Origin: an uncultured Candidatus Saccharibacteria bacterium
GTDB taxonomy: Bacteria; Patescibacteriota; Saccharimonadia; Saccharimonadales; AWTP1-31
Direction of reading: 5' to 3'
Length of the DNA: 64,000 nucleotides
NCBI GenBank assembly: GCA_964634445.1
Contig: CAZWJA010000001.1
Span: 10,343 to 74,342, forward strand
In this document: piece by piece, positions 52,096-61,508 of the stretch
Layout: every line of letters starts with the position of its first letter
Position numbering within the stretch: the stretch's first letter is position 1
The notes under the pieces: generated by a model
Databases searched by the model: none
What the model was told of the DNA's origin: nothing
The model's input: only the letters and a program-made list of their open reading frames with translations
Position numbers and translations under genes: made by a program

Positions 52096-52519
52096 CCGTT
52101 TCTGCTAGACCAGCCAGTTGAAGGGCTCTGGAAACAGCATCAGCTTGCTCGGGGGTTAACTCTTGCTGGATTGCCTCAATACGGGCATCGACTTCTACAC
52201 GCGTTCGATATGCTCCATGATGATGCTTGAGCCAAAACATGATGGCGGTCATGTTTTGGCCTTTAATTGCACTGATCAACTGCGCTTCTGCCAAATCATT
52301 GACGACATGTGCGCTTTGCTCGATTGCTTCGTCACAGGCTTCGGCGAAAGCTTCATCGTCCTTACGCCAACGGTAGTAAGTAGCACGAGACAAGCCTAAT
52401 TGCTTGCAAGCCGCTTCAACGATTGGCGTTTTAGCCAATTTGGCCAACAATTTCTTCTTATCGGCTTCTTGATTACGACTCATAACTTGACCCGCTTCTC
52501 GCCGGTGAGCTTTTCCCAA
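52067..52519 (-). CDS. HTH DNA-binding protein, terminase small subunit-like
   Basis: ACKQLGLSRATYYRWRKDDEAF helix-turn-helix. 29-nt overlap with the TerL-like gene. Confidence 0.45.
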   Translation of the reverse strand: MGKAHRREAGQVMSRNQEADKKKLLAKLAKTPIVEAACKQLGLSRATYYRWRKDDEAFAEACDEAIEQSAHVVNDLAEAQLISAIKGQNMTAIMFWLKHHHGAYRTRVEVDARIEAIQQELTPEQADAVSRALQLAGLAETDASDATNKI

Positions 52520-53799
52520 CGTTTGAGCGCGACTTCAGCATAGACTGGCGACTTTTCCATAATGTAGCACCGGCGTTTGAGCTTCGTGCTGGCGATAAGC
52601 GTGCTACCACTACCGCAAAAGGGCTCTACTACTAGGTCGTCACGTTTAGTTAGCACTTTGATGTAGGGGACAAGGATTTCGATTGGTTTGGTACCAAAAA
52701 TTACACCTTGGCCGGAATGTTTTTCATCACTAGCCATAAAATCAATGAAATCTGTTGGCTGGTACTTTTTGCCGCCTTGGTAGCCCTCCCACTGGGGCTT
52801 GCCACCAATAGCGTAAAGTGCGGTTTCGTATTCTTCCTGCAAACCATCCAGCTCCTCATCATGGTTATATTCAACCATGCCGCTGGCACCAACCATGGCG
52901 ATATCGTGCTTACTGAAAAACTTGTACTTGGCGGCAAAGCCCTGGTGCCGGTTGGGCAAGTGCCAGACGATCATGTTTTTGACCTTCCAGTATTTTTCCA
53001 TCTCTTGCCAGATGATCCGCAGATTCTTCCAGTTCTCATATACGATGATTGAGTAGTCAGACTTGGCATACTTGGAAACGTTTGCCATCCATAGCTCGGT
53101 GAAGTTGTCGGGCAAGACGTCCGTTTCGAGGTAGCGACGATTGCGCTTTGCCCCAAAGCCAGTGACTGGTTTACCGGCACGTTTGGCATGCAGGTAGTCC
53201 AGAATATAAGGAGGGTCAGTCATACACATATCCGCTAGTTGGCCATTCATGAGTTTGTCAAAGTCTTCAGGGATGGTTGAGTCGCCGCACATCAACCGTG
53301 ACTCGCCAAGCTGGTAGACATCGCCTTTTTCAACGCTAATCTTCTTGATATCTAGTTTTTCCAGTTCTTTATTGAGGTCGAACTGCTCTGGCGTATCGAC
53401 ATCGAGATCGAAGATGTCGTCCAGCTCTTCGCTGGTGAAACCGACATCCTCTAACAGTGACTGATCGAACTCGGCTAGCAGATCATAGTCCCAGTCACCA
53501 AGGTTGCGGTTCAGTCGCAAATTCAGCTCACGCTCTTTGGCCTCATCATTGATGCTTACATATACGACTGGTACCTCCTTGTAGCCAAGGTCTTTGGCAA
53601 CCTTGAGCCGGAAGTGGCCACCGATAACGATGTTTTTGCGCTCTGGTGCGCCATTCACAATGATCGGATCGACCAGACCGAATCTTTTGATGCTCTCGGT
53701 GAGACCACTGATCGCATCTTCGCTCCACTTACGTGGATTATATGGAGCTGGGTTCAGCTCCTTTATGGTGATATGTTGGATATTGAGTTGGTCAGACAT
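52480..53799 (-). CDS. ParB-like nuclease N-domain fused to a DNA amino-methyltransferase (N6A/N4C class)
   Basis: ParB N-domain (ITIKELNPAPYNPRKW...FGLVDPIIVN). MTase motif IV CMTDPPYIL precedes motif I VVEPFCGSGSTLIA (beta-class order). AGGAGA RBS before the ATG. Confidence 0.8.
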   Translation of the reverse strand: MSDQLNIQHITIKELNPAPYNPRKWSEDAISGLTESIKRFGLVDPIIVNGAPERKNIVIGGHFRLKVAKDLGYKEVPVVYVSINDEAKERELNLRLNRNLGDWDYDLLAEFDQSLLEDVGFTSEELDDIFDLDVDTPEQFDLNKELEKLDIKKISVEKGDVYQLGESRLMCGDSTIPEDFDKLMNGQLADMCMTDPPYILDYLHAKRAGKPVTGFGAKRNRRYLETDVLPDNFTELWMANVSKYAKSDYSIIVYENWKNLRIIWQEMEKYWKVKNMIVWHLPNRHQGFAAKYKFFSKHDIAMVGASGMVEYNHDEELDGLQEEYETALYAIGGKPQWEGYQGGKKYQPTDFIDFMASDEKHSGQGVIFGTKPIEILVPYIKVLTKRDDLVVEPFCGSGSTLIASTKLKRRCYIMEKSPVYAEVALKRWEKLTGEKRVKL

Positions 53800-53887
53800 A
53801 ACGTTCTCCTTTAATGGTTATGTCTCGCAATATAAAAGGCCTCAGCCGTTAGGCGTGAGGCGAAAAATGGACGAAAAAGGGTCTAAA

Positions 53888-54523
53888 CTAGTGTAATTCT
53901 TTGATCCCAACCAATGCTATACCTTGAGTCCGTGGTCGGTGGTAGTCAAGTTCATAGCCGCGCTGTCGTAGCTGATAATTCAGGTCTTTGAAGGTCTTAT
54001 CTAAATCACCAGAGCCAATTTCTTGCTTTAAGGTTTGGTAATCTACAACAGTTGCCCGGCGCTTAAGCAGGGCGGCGAGCAATTTACCACAGCGAGACGA
54101 TGCAGGGTGCAGAACTGTTAGTTGTTTTCCGTCAATCAAGAAGAAGCCATAGGTGTCATTAGTGATTGCAAGGTGTCGGTCGTGACGCTCTTGCAATACG
54201 ACCGGCTCGGTTGGCACGAAGTAAATTGGACGAGTGGAAATTAGGAGATTGAAGGGTCTGATTAATCGTTCAATTCCTTCACGGATTTGCTCCCATATTT
54301 TCCGGTAACTCTCTTGGATAATTTCAACCATCTGACGCACCGGCTCCAACGTTTTGAGTACGGCTGACATATTTGGCAGTGCATTGATCAAGGCTGAAGA
54401 TGCTGACTGTAAGGCCAACTGGTTCGTGCTAGACAGGGTTTTGGTGGCAATACTGGTAATGGCGTCTAGATCATAGACGACACGACCATCTGCTGTAACT
54501 GATTTGAACACCTTGTCTGCCAC
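53888..54523 (-). CDS. Hypothetical protein
   Basis: ORF only. Confidence 0.4.
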   Translation of the reverse strand: MADKVFKSVTADGRVVYDLDAITSIATKTLSSTNQLALQSASSALINALPNMSAVLKTLEPVRQMVEIIQESYRKIWEQIREGIERLIRPFNLLISTRPIYFVPTEPVVLQERHDRHLAITNDTYGFFLIDGKQLTVLHPASSRCGKLLAALLKRRATVVDYQTLKQEIGSGDLDKTFKDLNYQLRQRGYELDYHRPRTQGIALVGIKELH

Positions 54524-54699
54524 TTCAATACCTCTGCTATATATTTTACCAAAGATAACTTTTTTACTTCTTATGGTATCTGGTAAATAATACTACACCT
54601 TTTAGCTAGAAAACACCAGATATAGCGGAGTATAATACTGCCAGAACGCTATAAGGTAACAAAAACACCTAAAACACGTTCACTACAACCAGGATACTT

Positions 54700-55707
54700 A
54701 TGTCAGAGCAAGGTTTTGAAATCGACTATCTCCCAGTAGGTAATGGCGACAAGAGTGGGGACGCCATAATTGTTAAGTTCGGCAATCTACACACCGGACG
54801 CCGGGAAGATTTTCAAGTATTTGTAATAGATGGTGGCACTCTTGAGGCCGGCCAAGCAATCGTCAACCACCTGTGGGAATACACCGGCAGCCTCGATATC
54901 GACCTTGTCCTAGCAACCCATCCTGATAACGATCACGTATCAGGCATTGAAGCCGTATTACTTGGCTGCAATGTGCAAGCACTGTCCATGCATATGCCAT
55001 GGCTGTTGGCCGAGCAAGCAAAGCTAGTAAAGTCTTTGGATCGTGCTCAAGAAATTTATGACATAGCCGCTAAACAGGGTGTTACGCTCTATGATCCACT
55101 GATTACGAAACGCTACTTCGATGGGGCGCTCACAGTACTTGGACCGTCAATTGAATACTATGCATCGCTATTTAACCTCTTTGATAAACCAAAACTAGCC
55201 CTGAAAGCCGGTGAGTTATCCATTACAAACACCGTTCGTGAAAGTATGGATGTAGCAACCGAGACGCTTGATCTGGCTCACAAGTATACTTCACCGACAA
55301 ATAATAGTAGTGTCATAGCGTATTTTAGCTATGCCGGGAAGGACGCACTATTTACGGGAGACGCAGGTGTTGAGGCGCTCAGTAACGCTATTGTAACCGC
55401 ACGCGAGCTTGGCATGGACATCAGTAATCTGCATTTCTTGCATGTTCCGCACCACGGTAGCTCACACAATCTTACTTCAGCGCTCATTGACTTCTTTAAC
55501 CCGAGACATTCCTTTGTCTCAGCCGCAGCCAAAGCAAAGAAGCATCCACATCCACGTGTGACCAACGCCTTTCTTAGACGAAACCTGAAGATCTTTGCTA
55601 CTAATGGCAAAGGCTTACGTAATCATCACAATGCACCAGTTCGTGCCAATTGGTCAACAGCAGCATTGGTGCCTTTTGTGTCCGAGTTCGAGGTTAGCAG
55701 TGGCTGA
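54700..55707 (+). CDS. MBL-fold hydrolase resembling the ComEC/Rec2 C-terminal domain
   Basis: THPDNDHVSG (HxHxDH) and HVPHHGSSHN motifs characteristic of the ComEC-type beta-lactamase domain. Confidence 0.6.
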   Translation: MSEQGFEIDYLPVGNGDKSGDAIIVKFGNLHTGRREDFQVFVIDGGTLEAGQAIVNHLWEYTGSLDIDLVLATHPDNDHVSGIEAVLLGCNVQALSMHMPWLLAEQAKLVKSLDRAQEIYDIAAKQGVTLYDPLITKRYFDGALTVLGPSIEYYASLFNLFDKPKLALKAGELSITNTVRESMDVATETLDLAHKYTSPTNNSSVIAYFSYAGKDALFTGDAGVEALSNAIVTARELGMDISNLHFLHVPHHGSSHNLTSALIDFFNPRHSFVSAAAKAKKHPHPRVTNAFLRRNLKIFATNGKGLRNHHNAPVRANWSTAALVPFVSEFEVSSG

Positions 55708-56374
55708 TAAATACGATAGGGAGGCACGATTTGCACCAGCTATCTTATGTTCGGCGCCATTTGTTGCAGTTGGTTTCTACATGCTCAGTCAGGTTGATCT
55801 GGAGTTTTGGAAATTAATATTTACTCTCGGCGTCGGCGGAGTGACCATGACATACGCCTTGTATCAACTCGCATTTCACAGCTGCCGCTGGGCCGGTAAA
55901 TATTTGGAGGAGAAACTTTTTGACGAAGGTCGTAGCTTTCCAACGACCAGCTTCTTATTAGACAACGACAACACATGCAGTGCTGATCGCAAGGTCGCAA
56001 TTATCAAGAAGTTAAAGTCGGATTTTGGGATCGATCTTAAAGGTAAGACCGAGGATTCGTTGCAGAACAGAATTGTGATTCATGAGGCTATTGGGCAGAT
56101 TCGTAAAAAGTTCTTCAAAAAAGATACTTTGCTATTACAACGCAATATTCAATTCGGCTTTGCAAAGAACCTTACGGGTGGCTCAGCTGTGGCTGCGATA
56201 GTATCAGGGCTTGGGTTGATTGTTTGTTCAATCTTCAGTGCCACTGTCGCCTCACAAACGCTCGCAATACTACTAGGCATTTATACGGTGATGACTATCG
56301 TTAGTCTTTGGGCTACAAGATTCACAGCCAAACACTACGCAATCACATTGTTTGATGAATTCCTTGGAAGCTGA
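55595..56374 (+). CDS. Hypothetical membrane protein
   Basis: Several hydrophobic segments. ORF only. Confidence 0.35.
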   Translation: MLLMAKAYVIITMHQFVPIGQQQHWCLLCPSSRLAVADKYDREARFAPAILCSAPFVAVGFYMLSQVDLEFWKLIFTLGVGGVTMTYALYQLAFHSCRWAGKYLEEKLFDEGRSFPTTSFLLDNDNTCSADRKVAIIKKLKSDFGIDLKGKTEDSLQNRIVIHEAIGQIRKKFFKKDTLLLQRNIQFGFAKNLTGGSAVAAIVSGLGLIVCSIFSATVASQTLAILLGIYTVMTIVSLWATRFTAKHYAITLFDEFLGS

Positions 56375-56411
56375 CAGCAAAATAGTCCCTCTCTCGCAAG
56401 AATGTCAGGGA

Positions 56412-56996
56412 CTATTTCGCTTTTATAGTAACATGTTGTTGCTTGAGCTTATTTCTCTCCTCTTGAAGCCGCCGTTCTTCATCTATAACATCAGCAATAT
56501 TTGGATTGTCTTTGCGCAGAATAATGAAAGGGCCGTGTGGAATTGGTCTAGCCTTAATCTTACCTTGGCGGATAAGCTTACGAATTGTTTGGGTGTGCAG
56601 CCCAGATTTCCATGATAGAGTGGCGTCAGGGATGGACTTTTTGTGATCCCAGTCGCCACAAAGCGATCCTGGAATCTTCTTTTTGTTAACAGCATCTTGG
56701 CAATTTATACATTTAAAGCCCCATTTGTCATACCAACCGTCTTCTTCATAGACACTACGGCCACAAAGGGAGCAGTTTCGGCCTTCGCCAGCCATCGAAA
56801 AGCCCTTTGGTTCGGTCTCAAGCCGCTTCTTCAGGGCACGTTGCTTCATGTCCATCTCAACCAATGTGTCGACAAAACCGATCAGGTTTCGAGCAGCCTC
56901 TTCGTATTCGGCGTCAGTTTCGTACTTTATGTCTTTTTCTTCGCAGATTTCCTTAAATTCTTTTAGGTGTTTTTCGGTAATCTTGTAATACTTCAT
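56412..56996 (-). CDS. Hypothetical protein with Cys-rich zinc-ribbon-like segment
   Basis: CSLCGRS...CINCQ...CGDW cysteine cluster. Probable start is the ATG at 56996 (MKYYKITEKH) rather than the upstream TTG of the track. Confidence 0.4.
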   Translation of the reverse strand: MKYYKITEKHLKEFKEICEEKDIKYETDAEYEEAARNLIGFVDTLVEMDMKQRALKKRLETEPKGFSMAGEGRNCSLCGRSVYEEDGWYDKWGFKCINCQDAVNKKKIPGSLCGDWDHKKSIPDATLSWKSGLHTQTIRKLIRQGKIKARPIPHGPFIILRKDNPNIADVIDEERRLQEERNKLKQQHVTIKAK

Positions 56997-57149
56997 TGGA
57001 CTGCTCCTTTCGCTTCTTATCCGTGTAAATATCGAGTAGTAGTTCCGCAAACGCCATGGCGTCTCGCTTCATCAATTCTTCTCGGGTTAACTTGTGCGGC
57101 TTTTGTTTGGGTTTCTTCGATAACTTCGCCATAAAGCACCTCCTTCGTC

Positions 57150-57254
57150 TACTAAAAATGAGACACTTCTGACTATAGGCCTGCTGTGTCTCATTCGTCT
57201 CATTTTAGGTACCATAACTCCTTAGAAAGGTCCGTGACCTGTATGCGGAGCCAG
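57150..57254. repeat. Island-end repeat (copy 1): hairpin AAAATGAGACAC...GTGTCTCATT plus half-site CGTCTCATTTT plus degenerate tRNA-Asn 3' remnant
   Basis: About 75% similar to 62742-62835. 57226-57254 resembles tRNA-Asn positions 49-76 (GTCCGTGACC..GCGGAGCCA against GTCGGTTCGAGTCCGACCCCGGGAGCCA). Confidence 0.55.
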
Positions 57255-57385
57255 AGCCAGCAGTGAAATATAGTGACCAGTTCCCGTGATCTGTCCTTGA
57301 TTCACTCCTGACTCAGACAAGAAAGATGCTAGCCTTAACAACTAGCAAAAAATGTTGGAACCACCTGAAAGGGTGGTTTTTACAT
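57247..57385 (+). repeat. Repeat unit R2, homolog of the tRNA-Asn downstream region R1
   Basis: Shares GGAGCCAGAGC-AGCAGTGAAA, the internal TTCACTCCT segment and the GGAACCACC..GGTGGTT T-run hairpin with R1. About 70% identity overall. Confidence 0.55.
57357..57382 (+). terminator. Rho-independent terminator-like hairpin in R2
   Basis: GGAACCACC-TGAAAG-GGTGGTTTTT. Same stem as the R1 terminator but a different loop. Confidence 0.5.
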
Positions 57386-57509
57386 ATTCATCTCTGAAAT
57401 AAAGTTCTAGAGCCGACCTGTCCCCTATACGGGGGCTGGACAACCGAAAACCTGACCTGGTTCCATGATCTGTTCCTACCGACTAATTACTAAGTTATAA
57501 TTAAACGCA

Positions 57510-58154
57510 ATGAAACAGTATATTCTACTAGATTGGGATGGTAATTTAGCGAAGACCTTAGATATTTGGCTGGATGCCTGTAGAGTTGCACTTGAGAATC
57601 AAGGCGTTCATAAAACCGATGAAGAAATTGGTTCAAGCTTTGGACAATTTACTCATTACATGAAGGATTGGGGCGTTCCTGACATTGATCGAGCCATAGC
57701 CGAGGCAGATGTAATTGCCAAGAAAAAGCTACCCGATGTAGATCTTTACCCAGATGCTTTGATTGTTCTCGAAACACTTAAAAAGAGTGGCAAGAAGCTG
57801 GCCCTCATAACAACTTCACCTCACGAGAACATTGCACATCTTCTTGAAAAACATGGGCTCAAAGAAACATTCGATACCATTGTGGCTGCCGACGACACAG
57901 CAAATCATAAGCCACACCCTGAACCGCTAGAAGTCGCCTTAAGCAGACTTGGTGGGAGTAAGAGTGAAGCAGTGATGATTGGTGATTCCGATAAGGATTT
58001 GGGTGCCGCACAAAATGCCGAGATTGACTCAGTGCTCTTTTACCCCGATGAACATAGAAGGTTTTATGATCTAGAAAAGCTCAAAACTTTAAACCCAACT
58101 CACATTGTCAGTGATTTTAAAGAGGTGCTTGAGATAGTTGATCGACAAGCTTGA
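57510..58154 (+). CDS. HAD-superfamily hydrolase (phosphatase-like)
   Basis: Motif I LLDWDGNL (DxDG), and motif IV IGDSDKD. Confidence 0.7.
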   Translation: MKQYILLDWDGNLAKTLDIWLDACRVALENQGVHKTDEEIGSSFGQFTHYMKDWGVPDIDRAIAEADVIAKKKLPDVDLYPDALIVLETLKKSGKKLALITTSPHENIAHLLEKHGLKETFDTIVAADDTANHKPHPEPLEVALSRLGGSKSEAVMIGDSDKDLGAAQNAEIDSVLFYPDEHRRFYDLEKLKTLNPTHIVSDFKEVLEIVDRQA

Positions 58155-58779
58155 TATTTGAGTTCTCAATTTGTAGTTTTGTAACTATCCCTTCCGCGAA
58201 TGCTGTCATCTCGCTTTCAGTTCCTTTTGTAAGCACATATCTAGAGTATTCGATGAGCGGTATGTCTAGTTCACGTTCAACTTTGTAGTGGTTGAAAAGG
58301 GTGCTAGTAACGTTGTGGTGTTTCTCGGCTTTGGCCATCAGTTTGTCGCTGAACCGCATTTTTTCGTGATTAGCTTCAATGAATTCTAGTAGCTTTTCGC
58401 AGAGTGTTGGTTCATTGATGTATTTCTCAGGACAGTTTGGATCTTTGCGTCTGGTGCAATTGTAGTAGATGAACCGCTTAACTTCACCACTTTTTAATGT
58501 CTTATACTTATCCTGAGCAGTTATATCAGCTCCGCACCGACCACACTTTAGTAGACCTCTGAAGGCAAACGTCTTTGAACCCCAGACCCCCTTATAGGCA
58601 CCTTTGCTCAGCTGTACTTGGTCATAGAGCTCCTTAGATATCAGCGGTTTGTGCGCACCTTGGTACCATGGTGCATCAGGAGCTTCGGGATATTGAAACT
58701 TACCGTAGTAGAAGGGGGTACTTAGTATCACCAGTACCTGACTTAGGCTTACCTGAGCTAAGTTTGTAGGCAGTCGCAA
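58117..58779 (-). pseudogene. Truncated large serine recombinase (C-terminal recombinase/zinc-ribbon part only)
   Basis: The 220 aa are collinear with residues about 215-425 of the 48411..49688 recombinase and about 75% identical to them. The catalytic N-domain is absent. A pyridoxamine-oxidase-like gene follows where the N-terminus should be. Confidence 0.7.
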
Positions 58780-58809
58780 GAAAGTGACGGCCTAAGTTAT
58801 ACTTTAATT

Positions 58810-59256
58810 ATGGACGAAAAAGTAAAAACATTGCTCCAGACAATTCGGTATGCAACTATCTCCACTATCGATAGTGATGGTAAACCGTGGGCTGCACCAG
58901 TTTGGTATGTATTTGACGAAGATCACAACATCTACTGGTGGTCACCGACAGAAGCTCAGCACTCCAAAAATATTGCAGACAACCCTGATGTTTATATAAC
59001 TGTATTTGATTCAACCGCGCCAGAGAGCGATGGGTTTGGGTTATATATGCGAGCAGAAGCTGGAGTAGTCGCCGGTGATGAACTCGATTCGGCTATTAGC
59101 TTGTATAACCAATCGACGAAAATATTTAAGCTAAGTCGAAAAAACTGCACTGATGATGCGCCCACGAGAATGTATAAAGCGAACATTCTGCAGAAGTGGG
59201 TTAATGATGGTACTGAACAAGATGGCTTCTATATTGATAAGCGGGTTCAAGTATGA
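58810..59256 (+). CDS. Pyridoxamine 5'-phosphate oxidase-like FMN-binding split-barrel protein
   Basis: YATISTIDSDGKPWAAPVWYVFDEDHNIYWWS pattern typical of the PNPOx-like fold. Confidence 0.6.
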   Translation: MDEKVKTLLQTIRYATISTIDSDGKPWAAPVWYVFDEDHNIYWWSPTEAQHSKNIADNPDVYITVFDSTAPESDGFGLYMRAEAGVVAGDELDSAISLYNQSTKIFKLSRKNCTDDAPTRMYKANILQKWVNDGTEQDGFYIDKRVQV

Positions 59257-60116
59257 ATACCATAGTGATCACCTCAACTCCAGAGCTTTGGAAAGAAGCG
59301 CAAAAGACTGGTGAGTACACACGCTCAACTATTGACTCAACACTCGAAGAAGTTGGGTTTATCCATGCTACTAACCCAGATCAGACAATCGCAATGCTTA
59401 ATCGGCACTTCACCGAAAGGAATGACATACTACTACTTGTCGTTGGTCTCGATAAAGTTAAGCCCGAAGTAAGATTCGAAGCACCGTTAAGTAGTAGCGC
59501 TGGCATCTACCCGCATATATACGGGCCACTAAATGTAGATGCAGTTATTGATACCTACATGCCTACCAAGGATTCGTCGGGAAAATTCACAGATTCTAGG
59601 CTAAAAACTGTCCACGACAGCACTACTCCAACTCCTGGCCAGCAAGTTATTACGGCTTGCGCGTTTATTCACCAAGAGTTTAATGGCGTGCAGAAAGTCT
59701 TTATGGCTAAGCGAGCTGACACTAAAAAGTTTTTGCCAGGTGTGTATGAATTACCTGGTGGGCATATTGATTTCGGAGAAACCACTGAAGATGGTTTGGT
59801 GCGTGAGATCCAAGAAGAGTTTGGTGTAACTGTACGCCTCGGCGACCCTTTTGCAGTCTTTACTTACCAAAATGAAGTTAAAGGTTCGCATTCCATTGAG
59901 GTCATTTACTTTGCTCAGCTTATTGATCCAGACACAGATGTAAAACCAAACCCAGAAGACCACAGCACTTGTGGCTGGTTTAGCGAAGCAGAACTGCCTC
60001 AAACCTTTGTGAGCGAGAAAGATATCGAGGACGATGAAGTAAAAGCAATCTACCGAGGCTTTGATTTGCTTAAAGGTGGTTCACTTGACTTTGGCGCAGA
60101 TCGAGAGGTGCTATGA
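59253..60116 (+). CDS. Two-domain protein: N-terminal DUF952-like domain fused to a C-terminal NUDIX hydrolase
   Basis: N-terminal about 110 aa resemble DUF952. C-terminal Nudix box GGHIDFGETTEDGLVREIQEEFGV. Confidence 0.6.
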   Translation: MNTIVITSTPELWKEAQKTGEYTRSTIDSTLEEVGFIHATNPDQTIAMLNRHFTERNDILLLVVGLDKVKPEVRFEAPLSSSAGIYPHIYGPLNVDAVIDTYMPTKDSSGKFTDSRLKTVHDSTTPTPGQQVITACAFIHQEFNGVQKVFMAKRADTKKFLPGVYELPGGHIDFGETTEDGLVREIQEEFGVTVRLGDPFAVFTYQNEVKGSHSIEVIYFAQLIDPDTDVKPNPEDHSTCGWFSEAELPQTFVSEKDIEDDEVKAIYRGFDLLKGGSLDFGADREVL

Positions 60117-60781
60117 AAAGACACTACATAATCTACTCACACGGCTTCGGAGTTCGTAAAGATGATCGTGGTCTCATGACAGATATTGCTGCAGCTTTAC
60201 CTGAGTGCGAACATATTCTTTTTGACTACAATACTTTTGACGAAGTCACCAACACTATGACGGTCAGTCCACTTAATGCTCAAGTTGCGAAACTGAAAGA
60301 GAAGCTTGAAAGCCTTGGGAACGATCCTAATACAACTATTGATCTAGTCGCTCACTCTCAGGGTTGCATCGTTGCTGCAATTGCAAAGCCAACGAATGTA
60401 CGAAAGATGTTATTTCTTGCCCCGCCAGATAACCTAGATAAAGACAAACTTATTAAATTCTTCGGTGATCGGCCGGGGAGCCAAATTAATGTAGAGGGGG
60501 AGTCTCGCATTCCACGACGTGATGGGACAACTACTATTATTCCTGCATCCTACTGGAGGAGTATTGAAGCACCACAACCCATACGACTCTATAACCGACT
60601 ACCTGCTCACTCTGAGGTCAAATTCTATATTGCCAATGACGATGAAGTACTTGGCATGTCCAACTTTGACCAGACTGATCAAGCAATAGAGTTAATTCAA
60701 GTGCCTGGGAACCACGATTTTAATGGTGAATACAGAAAACCACTTTTGGAGATGCTAAAACAGGAGGTAGAAGATGTCTAG
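60113..60781 (+). CDS. Alpha/beta-fold hydrolase (esterase/lipase-like)
   Basis: Nucleophile elbow LVAHSQGCIV (GxSxG). Small single-domain size. Confidence 0.6.
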   Translation: MKRHYIIYSHGFGVRKDDRGLMTDIAAALPECEHILFDYNTFDEVTNTMTVSPLNAQVAKLKEKLESLGNDPNTTIDLVAHSQGCIVAAIAKPTNVRKMLFLAPPDNLDKDKLIKFFGDRPGSQINVEGESRIPRRDGTTTIIPASYWRSIEAPQPIRLYNRLPAHSEVKFYIANDDEVLGMSNFDQTDQAIELIQVPGNHDFNGEYRKPLLEMLKQEVEDV

Positions 60782-61508
60782 GGTATCAATTCTCCAATGG
60801 AATATTTGGTATCTCGAAGACATTAAGAATATTGCTCAATTCTTGAGTGAAAACAAAGCGGATGTAATTTGCTTGCAAGAGCTTACGATCAACTTCGATA
60901 AGCAAAACAATATTCATACACCAAACTATATTGCCGAGCAACTTGGCTGCCATGTCTATTTTCAAGAAATAGCTTTTGCAGGTAAAGAGATGAAGCTCGC
61001 CAATGCCGTGTTTAGTAAATATCCAATCACGAATACTAGAACAGTCTGGGTAAATAAGGATCAAGGCTCTGGCAATTTTGACGATGAAAACCGTGCCTAT
61101 GTTGAAGCCACGCTTGATGTAGGTGGGGAAGAACTGACGATCGGTACGGTTCACATGTCATACACGCATAAATTTGAACCATCGGAGCGCAAACTAGCTG
61201 AAACTACGAATCTAGTTGAAGCAATTGAGCAAAACAAGAAACGATTCGTGCTAACAGGGGACTTTAATGCCGTACCAGGATCTCAAGTACTTACTGCTAT
61301 TGAACAGGCTTTAACGAACTGTGGTCCAGAATATAGTGTAAATACTTGGACGACAAAGCCATTTTCTTACGGTGGCTTTGAAGCAAATACATTAGATTGG
61401 CGACTAGACTATATATTTGCTACGAATGACATTAAAGCTTCTAAAGCACAAATTCTAAGTACCAGTTACTCTGATCATCTACCTGTTTTAGTTGAAATTG
61501 AACTATGA
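60774..61508 (+). CDS. Endonuclease/exonuclease/phosphatase (EEP) family protein
   Basis: ILQWNIWY, VICLQEL, TGDFNAVP and SDHLPVLVEI motifs of the EEP fold. Confidence 0.7.
   Translation: MSRVSILQWNIWYLEDIKNIAQFLSENKADVICLQELTINFDKQNNIHTPNYIAEQLGCHVYFQEIAFAGKEMKLANAVFSKYPITNTRTVWVNKDQGSGNFDDENRAYVEATLDVGGEELTIGTVHMSYTHKFEPSERKLAETTNLVEAIEQNKKRFVLTGDFNAVPGSQVLTAIEQALTNCGPEYSVNTWTTKPFSYGGFEANTLDWRLDYIFATNDIKASKAQILSTSYSDHLPVLVEIEL

Larger units (their letters stand above)
36406..57254. mobile_element. Putative integrated island A at tRNA-Asn: biosynthetic cargo, large serine recombinase and phage-derived module
   Basis: Bounded on the left by the intact tRNA-Asn 3' end/R1. Bounded on the right by a degenerate tRNA-Asn 3' remnant (57226-57254) followed by R2. 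Contains a recombinase, terminase-like genes and a ParB-MTase. Confidence 0.45.

Noticed and set aside
57000-57132. Small basic minus-strand ORF starting at the ATG near 57130
   Set aside because: Hand translation hits a stop after about 38 codons. There is no supporting signal, so it is not reported.
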